64,000 bases of DNA from Camelus ferus (Eukaryota): contig NC_045704.1 in assembly GCF_009834535.1 (NCBI RefSeq), positions 9,424,001-9,488,000 on the forward strand, in the 5' to 3' direction. Below the pieces are notes generated by a model, which saw only the letters and a program-made list of their open reading frames with translations, searched no databases and had not been told where the DNA came from. Below are positions 53,306 through 63,030 of this stretch, in pieces (the stretch's first letter is position 1; every line of letters begins with the position of its first letter). The position numbers and the translations under genes are program-made.

Positions 53306-56300
53306 ATGACCGGGGCTGGCAGAGGCCTCAGGGCCTTGGGGAGCCTGGTGCTGCTGGTGAGTGCTCCCAGACTCAGGGTAGTGGGGGTGGGGGGGTCCTC
53401 TGAGAGGAGCAGAGGGGGGCCAACTCCTGGGTCCCAGGAAAGAGGAGGCTGGGGTCCCAGAACTCAGGTCCAGAGTGGGGAGGGACTGATAATTCCCTGG
53501 AGAGGAAGCAAGTTTCTAGGTTGGGGGAGATTGCTGGGGAGTCGGACACCCGGGCTCTTAGACATTGCTACTTCTGCGGTGAGAGTGAACTCAGGTTACT
53601 GGCAAGACACAGGTAAGCTTACGAAGACTCAGGAGCCTCGGCCCCCAGCCCGCTCCTCCCTCAGACCCAGGGGTCCAAGTCCCCAGCCTTTTCCTTCAGA
53701 CTGGATGTCTGGCTCCTGGTCCCCAACATCAGTCTCTTCTTTCATTCCCAGTTTGTTGGTTACTTCCTTGCCTTAGTCTTCTAAGGCTGTATTTTTTCAG
53801 GAAGTGAAACCATTAAGTTTATCTCTCTACCATATCAGTGAAGCCAATCCCAGCTCCTGGGTCCCTGGAGTCCTGCCCCTTCCCCACTCCCCCTGCCCCC
53901 AACACAGGGCACACCCAGAGAAGACAGACATACTATGGGATGACCTTTGTCAGAGCCCAGCCTGCAGGAGGAGAGTCTGTGTGCTGTCCCTCCTCTCCTT
54001 CAGGCAGTGTGACTCGCAGGGTCTGAGCAGAGGACGGGAGGGTCTCTGGCTGGCAGACTCACTGGGGTCAGGGGAGGTGAGCTTCGGTGTCTGATTCCCC
54101 CCCTCTTGGATCTCTCCAGGGCCTGTGCAGCTGGACAGGGGCCAGGGCGGACGGTGAGTGACCCCTGTCTGAGTTCACTGCCCACACAAAGCCATTGCAC
54201 CCTCAAGTCCCGTGAGCTTCCAGAGGGAGGTCTCCATGGTGGGCACAGCGATCCCCACCTGGCTCCGATGGAGCTAGTCCTTTCTGGACACGAGGCAGGA
54301 ACTGGGAGCAGTGGAAGGGACACTCCTGATCTGCTCCCTGCTCACAGTGAATTCTTCTTCCCCATTCTCAGCCTCCAACCCAGTCGTAAACCTGACTGTG
54401 GAGGCCTGGACCAGCAGCTCCATCACCCTACGCTGGGAGGCCCCCAGTGGCCTGGACCAGCAGAACTACACCTACTGGGTCCAGTGGACCGGACGAGATA
54501 ACAAAACCGAGAGCCGAAACACGACAGACACCGTTTTCACAGCGGAGGGACTTGACCCTGGCTCTTCCTATGAATTTTCCGTGTGGGTGGAGAAGGATGG
54601 ACTCACTAGCTCCAAGAAGACCCTCAAAACCACCACAGGTGAGAGGCAACCACTGTTTTTCTTTTTTTCCTAAAGGAAGGTGGCAGGCAGTGACTGAGAA
54701 CACGCATGAGAACTCGGCAGGCCCGTAGACCGACAGAAACATATGGGAGCCACGCTTGTGGATCCAAGGTTTCTATGAGCCACATTGCATAAGTCAGAAC
54801 AGGTGAAACCAATTATACAGAGGTATTTTACTTATCTGAGTAGATCCAAGACAGTATTGCTTCGACATGTAATTGATGAAAGAAAGACAGATGAGCACAT
54901 TCTAAGTGCTCAAGGGCTCTGTTGCGGGGCTCCCAGTCTCCCACTGGGTTTGTATCTACCCTAATGATCATTGGGAGGGCATTTCCACTGTTGCAGAAAT
55001 TCCACTGGAAAGCACTGGTCTAGATCCTTGCTCCCCAAGTGTGGTCCGTGGGTGGGCTGCGTCAGCATCTCCTGAGAACTGGCTGTAAATGCAGAATCTC
55101 AGTCCCATCCTAGACCTCCTGAGTCAGAACCTGCCTTTTAGCAAGATCCCCAGTGACACGTATGCACATGGAAGTCTGGGAAGCACTGTCTAGACCCCAC
55201 ACCCCGTATCTCCTGGACCCGTAGTTCAGGCAGGACTGGGAACTGACTTTGAGGGTCAGCAATGCCCACTGACTGTCCCCTCGTTTACTCCCCTGCTGAC
55301 ACTGAATCTTTCTTCTTCATTTCTCAGCCCCCAACCCCATCAGGAACCTGAGTGTGGAGACTCAGACCACCAGCAGCATCACCCTGAGGTGGGAGGTGCC
55401 TGAGGGCCCTGACCTTCAGAGCTACACCTACTGGGTCCAGTGGTCTGGAGAGGGAGACGCAATTGAGACCGGACGCACAGCCAACACCAGTTTCACAGTG
55501 GAAGGACTTGAACCCGGGACCTTGTACAACTTCTCTGTGTGGGCAGAAAAGAATGGAGTCAACAGCTCCCAGGTGACTCTCAATGCCACCACAGGTGAGA
55601 GGCAACTCTTATTGTGATTCTTTTTTTTTTTTTTAATGCGGGGTTGATGATAGACGATGGTGCAGAGCTGACAGGAGAATGTGGCACACTCCCTAGCCCA
55701 GTGTCTCTTTGGATCACGATGAGAGAGATGAAGAAAGAATATCCATAGGGTTGTGCGTTGGGATCAGTCAGGCTCTAGGACTCTAGAGAACACAGACCAT
55801 AACACTAGGGCGTATCCTCCTGAGCAACCAGGGCTGTGCAGGGGAGTCTTGTTACTGAGTTCTGGGGGGATTAGGTGCTGTGGAATGTGGACACTCTGAC
55901 CCTCTGACTCTTGTTCTCCTACTTCCCAACTATGTCACGGGCTTGAGGATGGAAGCTCAGACCATGAGCTCCATTACCCTGAGGTGGACAGCTCCTCTGC
56001 TCTAGACCTCCACTGTCCAATATGGTAGCCCCTAGGCATTGGTGGCTATGTACATTTAAGTTCATTAAAATTGCATAAAATTGCATAAAATTGCAGGCTT
56101 CGTTCCATATTTTAAATGCTCAAGAGCTCCGTTGAGGGGCTCCCAGTCTCCCACTGGGTTTGTATCTACCCTAATGATCATTGGGAGGGCATTTCCACTG
56201 TTGCAGAAATTCCACTGGAAAGCACTGGTCTAGATCCTTGCTCCCCAAGTGTGGTCCGTGGGTGGGCTGCGTCAGCATCTCCTGAGAACTGGCTGTAAAT

Positions 56301-59300
56301 GCAGAATCTCAGTCCCATCCTAGACCTCCTGAGTCAGAACCTGCCTTTTAGCAAGATCCCCAGTGACACGTATGCACATGGAAGTCTGGGAAGCACTGTC
56401 TAGACCCCACACCCCGTATCTCCTGGACCCGTAGTTCAGGCAGGACTGGGAACTGACTTTGAGGGTCAGAAATGCCCACTGACTGTCCCCCCGTTTACTG
56501 CCCTGCTGACACTGGATCTTTCTTCTTCATTTCTCAGCCCCCAACCCCATCAGGAACCTGAGTGTGGAGACTCAGACCACCAGCAACATCACCCTGAGGT
56601 GGGAGGTGCCTGAGGGCACTGACCTTCAGAGCTACACCTACTGGGTCCAGTGGTCTGGAGAGGGAGACGCAATTGAGACCAGATGCACAGCCAACACCAG
56701 TTTCACAGTGGAAGGACTTGAACCCGGGACCTTGTACAACTTCTCTGTGTGGGCAGAAAAGAATGGAGTCAACAGCTCCCAGGTGACTCTCAATGCCACC
56801 ACAGGTGAGAGGCAACTCTTATTGTGATTCTTTTTTTTTTTTTTTAATGCGGGGTTGATGATAGACGATGGTGCAGAGCTGACAGGAGAATGTGGCACAC
56901 TCCCTAGCCCAGTGTCTCTTTGGATCACGATGAGAGAGATGAAGAAAGAATATCCATAGGGTTGTGCGTTGGGATCAGTCAGGCTCTAGGACTCTAGAGA
57001 ACACAGACCATAACACTAGGGCGTATCCTCCTGAGCAACCAGGGCTGTGCAGGGGAGTCTTGTTACTGAGTTCTGGGGGGATTAGGTGCTGTGGAATGTG
57101 GACACTCTGACCCTCTGACTCTTGTTCTCCTACTTCCCAACTATGTCACGGGCTTGAGGATGGAAGCTCAGACCATGAGCTCAATTACCCTGAGGTGGAC
57201 AGCTCCTCTGCTCTAGACCTCCACTGTCCAATATGGTAGCCCCTAGGCATTGGTGGCTATGTACATTTAAGTTCATTAAAATTGCATAAAATTGCATAAA
57301 ATTGCAGGCTTCGTTCCATATTTTAAATGCTCAAGAGCTCCGTTGAGGGGCTCCCAGTCTCCCACTGGGTTTGTATCTACCCTAATGATCATTGGGAGGG
57401 CATTTCCACTGTTGCAGAAATTCCACTGGAAAGCACTGGTCTAGATCCTTGCTCCCCAAGTGTGGTCCGTGGGTGGGCTGCGTCAGCATCTCCTGAGAAC
57501 TGGCTGTAAATGCAGAATCTCAGTCCCATCCTAGACCTCCTGAGTCAGAACCTGCCTTTTAGCAAGATCCCCAGTGACACGTATGCACATGGAAGTCTGG
57601 GAAGCACTGTCTAGACCCCACACCCCGTATCTCCTGGACCCGTAGTTCAGGCAGGACTGGGAACTGACTTTGAGGGTCAGAAATGCCCACTGACTGTCCC
57701 CCCGTTTACTGCCCTGCTGACACTGGATCTTTCTTCTTCATTTCTCAGCCCCCAACCCCATCAGGAACCTGAGTGTGGAGACTCAGACCACCAGCAACAT
57801 CACCCTGAGGTGGGAGGTGCCTGAGGGCACTGACCTTCAGAGCTACACCTACTGGGTCCAGTGGTCTGGAGAGGGAGACGCAATTGAGACCAGATGCACA
57901 GCCAACACCAGTTTCACAGTGGAAGGACTTGAACCCGGGACCTTGTACAACTTCTCTGTGTGGGCAGAAAAGAATGGAGTCAACAGCTCCCAGGTGACTC
58001 TCAATGCCACCACAGGTGAGAGGCAACTCTTATTGTGATTCTTTTTTTTTTTTTTTAATGCGGGGTTGATGATAGACGATGGTGCAGAGCTGACAGGAGA
58101 ATGTGGCACACTCCCTAGCCCAGTGTCTCTTTGGATCACGATGAGAGAGATGAAGAAAGAATATCCATAGGGTTGTGCGTTGGGATCAGTCAGGCTCTAG
58201 GACTCTAGAGAACACAGACCATAACACTAGGGCGTATCCTCCTGAGCAACCAGGGCTGTGCAGGGGAGTCTTGTTACTGAGTTCTGGGGGGATTAGGTGC
58301 TGTGGAATGTGGACACTCTGACCCTCTGACTCTTGTTCTCCTACTTCCCAACTATGTCACGGGCTTGAGGATGGAAGCTCAGACCATGAGCTCCATTACC
58401 CTGAGGTGGACAGCTCCTCTGCTCTAGACCTCCACTGTCCAATATGGTAGCCCCTAGGCATTGGTGGCTATGTACATTTAAGTTCATTAAAATTGCATAA
58501 AATTGCATAAAATTGCAGGCTTCGTTCCATATTTTAAATGCTCAAGAGCTCCGTTGAGGGGCTCCCAGTCTCCCACTGGGTTTGTATCTACCCTAATGAT
58601 CATTGGGAGGGCATTTCCACTGTTGCAGAAATTCCACTGGAAAGCACTGGTCTAGATCCTTGCTCCCCAAGTGTGGTCCGTGGGTGGGCTGCGTCAGCAT
58701 CTCCTGAGAACTGGCTGTAAATGCAGAATCTCAGTCCCATCCTAGACCTCCTGAGTCAGAACCTGCCTTTTAGCAAGATCCCCAGTGACACGTATGCACA
58801 TGGAAGTCTGGGAAGCACTGTCTAGACCCCACACCCCGTATCTCCTGGACCCGTAGTTCAGGCAGGACTGGGAACTGACTTTGAGGGTCAGAAATGCCCA
58901 CTGACTGTCCCCCCGTTTACTGCCCTGCTGACACTGGATCTTTCTTCTTCATTTCTCAGCCCCCAACCCCATCAGGAACCTGAGTGTGGAGACTCAGACC
59001 ACCAGCAACATCACCCTGAGGTGGGAGGTGCCTGAGGGCACTGACCTTCAGAGCTACGCCTACTGGGTCCAGTGGTCTGGAGAGGGAGACGCGATTGAGA
59101 CCACACGCACAGCCAACACCAGGTTCACAGTGGAAGGACTTGAACCCGGGACCTTGTACAACTTCTCTGTGTGGGCAGAAAAGAATGGAGTCAACAGCTC
59201 CCAGGTGACTCTCAATGCCGCCACAGGTGAGAGGCAACTCTTATTGTGATTCTTTTTTTTTTTTTTTAATGCGGGGTTGATGATAGACGATGGTGCAGAG

Positions 59301-62300
59301 CTGACAGGAGAATGTGGCACACTCCCTAGCCCAGTGTCTCTTTGGATCACGATGAGAGAGATGAAGAAAGAATATCCATAGGGTTGTGCGTTGGGATCAG
59401 TCAGGCTCTAGGACTCTAGAGAACACAGACCATAACACTAGGGCGTATCCTCCTGAGCAACCAGGGCTGTGCAGGGGAGTCTTGTTACTGAGTTCTGGGG
59501 GGATTAGGTGCTGTGGAATGTGGACACTCTGACCCTCTGACTCTTGTTCTCCTACTTCCCAACTATGTCACGGGCTTGAGGATGGAAGCTCAGACCATGA
59601 GCTCAATTACCCTGAGGTGGACAGCTCCTCTGCTCTAGACCTCCACTGTCCAATATGGTAGCCCCTAGGCATTGGTGGCTATGTACATTTAAGTTCATTA
59701 AAATTGCATAAAATTGCATAAAATTGCAGGCTTCGTTCCATATTTTAAATGCTCAAGAGCTCCGTTGAGGGGCTCCCAGTCTCCCACTGGGTTTGTATCT
59801 ACCCTAATGATCATTGGGAGGGCATTTCCACTGTTGCAGAAATTCCACTGGAAAGCACTGGTCTAGATCCTTGCTCCTCAAGTGTGGTCCGTGGGTGGGC
59901 TGCGTCAGCATCTCCTGAGAACTGGCTGTAAATGCAGAATCTCAGTCCCATCCTAGACCTCCTGAGTCAGAACCTGCCTTTTAGCAAGATCCCCAGTGAC
60001 ACGTATGCACATGGAAGTCTGGGAAGCACTGTCTAGACCCCACACCCCGTATCTCCTGGACCCGTAGTTCAGGCAGGACTGGGAACTGACTTTGAGGGTC
60101 AGAAATGCCCACTGACTGTCCCCCCGTTTACTGCCCTGCTGACACTGGATCTTTCTTCTTCATTTCTCAGCCCCCAACCCCATCAGGAACCTGAGTGTGG
60201 AGACTCAGACCACCAGCAACATCACCCTGAGGTGGGAGGTGCCTGAGGGCACTGACCTTCAGAGCTACGCCTACTGGGTCCAGTGGTCTGGAGAGGGAGA
60301 CGCAATTGAGACCAGATGCACAGCCAACACCAGTTTCACAGTGGAAGGACTTGAACCCGGGACCTTGTACAACTTCTCTGTGTGGGCAGAAAAGAATGGA
60401 GTCAACAGCTCCCGGGTGACTCTGAGTGTCGCCACAGGTGAGAGGTAGCATTGTGCACTCTCTTGGGTGAGATTATGAACTGGCCAAGATGGCACCTTCT
60501 CTGGGCTAATGGGAGTTGTAGTTTGAGGCGACCTGCGGTGCGTCCGTTCGGGGGCAACAGAAACTGAGGGAATAAGAGGTGTTTTGTTTTGGGGAAGAAG
60601 AGGATGAGCTAGTTCTCAGATTACTGGCACGACTGGTGGGGAGTGGGGACTTAGAAAACCGCCTTGGATGGAGCCTACTGATTCCTCCTATCCGTTCCAC
60701 CCAGATCCAAGCCCCCCCTCCATCGTGTCCTGCATCAGCGCTTCGGGGGGCTACGGGGTCATCCTGACCTGGTCCTGCCCCCCGGGAGGCTATGAGGCCT
60801 TTAAAGTGGAGGTGGGCAGGCAGCAGTTTTCCCAGAGCGGATCCTCCTGTGGGAAGGGCGTGTCCTTGTCGGGACTCAGGCCGGCTCAGGCCTACGCAGC
60901 CACCGTCACAACCATCTGGGATGGAAGGGAGGCACGGTCTGCCTCCATGACCTGCCGCACTGAGAGCACAGGTGAGCAGAGCCCCACAGGTACAGAGAGC
61001 TACAATGACATTCTCTCAGACCCCGTCAGGCCCTGTTGTGAAGGAGTCTCACCACCCCATGGGGTCCTTTTTGTTTATGTTTTGTTTCCTGCTTTCTGTA
61101 AAACAGCTCCTTTGAGATGTCATTCATATAACCTGTAACAGTCCACCCATTTAAAGTGTGCAACTCAGTGGCTTCTAATATACTCATCATCATTATACCA
61201 TCATCGTTGTTAATTTTAGGATATTTTTTTTACCGTATTTGTATTACCCCTTAAGCCATCACCCCCTAGTTTCGCTAATTCCCCACCAGCCAGCCATTGT
61301 CTGTCTGTAATCTATTTCTGTCTCTATAGATACGCCTCTTCTGGACATTTCCAAAAAAAAAAACCAAAAAAAAACCACACAGTATGTGGTCCTCTGTGAC
61401 TAGCTTCTCTCACTTAGTATAATGCGTCTAAGGTTCATCCATGTTCTAGCGTGTGTCAGCACCTCATTACTTTTTATTGCCGGATAATATTTCATTGTAC
61501 AGATAGAATGCGTTTTGTTTATCCATTCATCCATGGATGGACCCTACTTTTTGGCTGTTCTGAATGGTGCTCTGGACATTTGTGTGCACATTTCTGTGTG
61601 GGTGTGTGTCTTCGTTTCTCCTGGGTGTATACCCGGAAGTGAAATTGTTAGATCATGTGGTAACTCTGTGTTTAACCTTTTGAAGAACTGCCAAATTTTT
61701 TTCCAGCACTGGTCGCATGATTTTTCACTCACCAATGGGACATTTGAAAAAGTCTGAACCTCAGGAAATCTTTGCTCATGTACCGTTGACCATGGTCATA
61801 GGCCTCCCTGGGCCCCCGTCAGTCAGCGCCTAGGAATCAGAGCCTCTTAGGAGATGGGGTCTTTGATCTGGAGACACTGGAGTTTGGTGCACTGAACATG
61901 GGGTGCTCTTCCAGGCTGGGCTTGGTGGTCCCACTGTCCAGGGTACTCTTGCTGAGACAGGTCCTCGTGGATCTTGGGCTGGATCGCTCTTTCTGGTGGG
62001 GACTGTCCTGGGTATTACTGTAGGGTGTCGAGCAGCATCCCCAGCCTCCACCCGCTCGATGCCGGTGGCACTGCTGCTGAAGTTGTAAGAACCTGAAAGT
62101 GTCTCCAGACATTGCCCGATGTCTCCTGGTGGGCAAAACCACCCTCAGTGAGGATCGCTAGTCTAGACCAAGGAAGGGGAGAGTCACTCTAAAAAGCAGA
62201 TTAGTTGGGAAAGTGATGTCTTTGGACCAGGCTCCTGGGAGGAAAGGTTGAGTGGGAAATAGGGCTTTATGCAGAAGCTTTCTCCTTTCCCTTCTCTGCC

Positions 62301-62665
62301 CTCGCATCTACCCTGCAGACCCTCTGATCACAGTCTGGGTTAGGACAGAGGTAGCAGAGATAGGACACCAGGAGAGGTGACCCAGACTCTAACAGCCCCT
62401 CATGCCTCCTTCCTCCAGTGGTCATCATAGGAGCCATCGTCGGTGTCCTCCTGTTTCTCATCCTGGTGGGCTTGTTGGTTTTCTTCCTGAAGAAGGGGTG
62501 AGACTCAGCTCAGGACTTACTGGGTGCCTGGAGGGTGGGGGTTGCGGGAAAGGTGAGGACCCCTGGTTCCGGCCTCTCTCCCCTCCCCAGCCTTTCACCC
62601 TAATGTCCTTTTCCCAGGTGTAAGAAGAGTGAGAAGAAACAGGCACACAGGGATCTGATCTGCAG
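53306..62665 (+). CDS. PTPRH: Receptor-type tyrosine phosphatase H (SAP-1), partial: signal peptide, 7 FN3-type exons, TM and juxtamembrane; phosphatase domain lies beyond window end
   Basis: Exons 53306-53356 ([17 protein letters not shown]), 54120-54153 ([11 protein letters not shown]), 54372-54638, 55328-55594, 56538-56804, 57749-58015, 58960-59226, 60171-60437, 60705-60971 (all 267 nt, phase 1-1), 62419-62497 ([27 protein letters not shown]), 62618-62665 ([15 protein letters not shown]). Confidence 0.95.
54372..54638 (+). CDS. PTPRH: PTPRH FN3 exon 1 (unique, outside the array)
   Basis: [41 protein letters not shown]...[18 protein letters not shown]...; ctcag|CC acceptor, ACAG|gtgag donor. 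Confidence 0.93.
54720..54940 (+). mobile_element. MER33-like hAT-Charlie fragment in PTPRH intron 3
   Basis: agaaacatatgggagccac...gagccacatt...aacaggtgaaacc...cgacatgtaatt...cacattctaagtgctcaa resembles MER33 consensus segments. Confidence 0.6.
55025..55188 (+). mobile_element. MER5A-like hAT element (five copies, one per array unit)
   Basis: aagtgtggtcc...cagcatctcctgagaact...aaatgcagaatctc...agacctcctgagtcagaa...ttttagcaag...aagcactg; TCTAGA on both sides. Confidence 0.75.
55328..55594 (+). CDS. PTPRH: PTPRH amplified FN3 exon, copy 1
   Basis: 267 nt, [89 protein letters not shown]; intact splice sites. Confidence 0.92.
55923..56005 (+). pseudogene. Truncated FN3 pseudo-exon (also at 57134-57216, 58345-58427, 59556-59638)
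   Basis: TT CCC AAC TAT GTC ACG GGC TTG AGG ATG GAA GCT CAG ACC ATG AGC TCC ATT ACC CTG AGG TGG ACA GCT CCT = [24 protein letters not shown], colinear with the start of the FN3 exons. The preceding pyrimidine tract ends ...cctac (no AG); in-frame TAG follows, then a MER3-like element. Confidence 0.8.
56008..56150 (-). mobile_element. MER3-like hAT-Charlie DNA transposon fragment (repeated in each full array intron, +1211 bp)
   Basis: ctgtccaatatggtagcccctagg...ggctat...ttaaaattgcataaaatt...ttttaaatgctcaa resembles the reverse-complement MER3 consensus; preceded by a TCTAGA hAT-type target site. Confidence 0.7.
56538..56804 (+). CDS. PTPRH: PTPRH amplified FN3 exon, copy 2
   Basis: 267 nt, ...[22 protein letters not shown]...[10 protein letters not shown]...; intact splice sites. 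Confidence 0.9.
57749..58015 (+). CDS. PTPRH: PTPRH amplified FN3 exon, copy 3
   Basis: 267 nt, reads identical to copy 2; intact splice sites. Confidence 0.88.
58960..59226 (+). CDS. PTPRH: PTPRH amplified FN3 exon, copy 4
   Basis: 267 nt, ...QSYAY...[10 protein letters not shown]...VTLNAAT; intact splice sites. Confidence 0.9.
60171..60437 (+). CDS. PTPRH: PTPRH amplified FN3 exon, copy 5 (divergent 3' end)
   Basis: 267 nt, ...QSYAY...[10 protein letters not shown]...[11 protein letters not shown]; intact splice sites. Confidence 0.9.
60705..60971 (+). CDS. PTPRH: PTPRH membrane-proximal Cys-containing FN3-like exon
   Basis: [38 protein letters not shown]...[28 protein letters not shown]...SMTCRTEST; matches the last ectodomain module typical of R3-family PTPs. 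Confidence 0.92.
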
Positions 62666-63030
62666 GTGAGTGGAAGGTTTGGGAGAGCATCTGAAAGACT
62701 CATTGTCAAGGTCAGATCCTGGGGTGTTTGCTGGTCACTGGGTAGGTCAGAGGGCAGGATCAGTGAATCCCCCCCACAAGCCTCAGAAGGGGCTAATGCT
62801 GTCTGTGGCAGGGATCACAATGCATCTGCCACTCCCCATTCCCTGAGAGCCTGGACTGGTGGCCGTGAAATTGGTGTCAGTCTCAGCTCTGGGACGTCCA
62901 TTCATTCATCCAACAAAACAGTAACGGAGCCCCTGTTAAGTGTCAGGTGCTGTTCTGGGTGTTGAGGAAACAGTGAATCTACCAAAGATTCCTGCCCTTT
63001 TGGAGCTTACATTCTAGCACAAGGAGCCAC

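Larger units (their letters stand above)
54896..60445 (+). repeat. Tandem exon-intron array, unit ~1211 bp, ~4.6 units
   Basis: Exon starts at 55328, 56538, 57749, 58960, 60171 (periods 1210, 1211, 1211, 1211; the 1-bp difference is a T14 vs T15 run). Intronic sequence repeats essentially verbatim. Confidence 0.97.

Noticed and set aside
54906-59931. Five copies of a 60-aa [17 protein letters not shown]...
   Set aside because: Spans MER3/MER33 tail and MER5A sequence; repeated only because of the array.
54896-60445. Regularly spaced repeats resembling a CRISPR-like array
   Set aside because: Eukaryotic exon-intron duplication with 1.2-kb units and no unique spacers.
55324-60451. Repeated antisense 93-96-aa ORFs (MPLTCGG..., MIQRDTG...)
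   Set aside because: Reverse-frame shadows of the FN3 exons.
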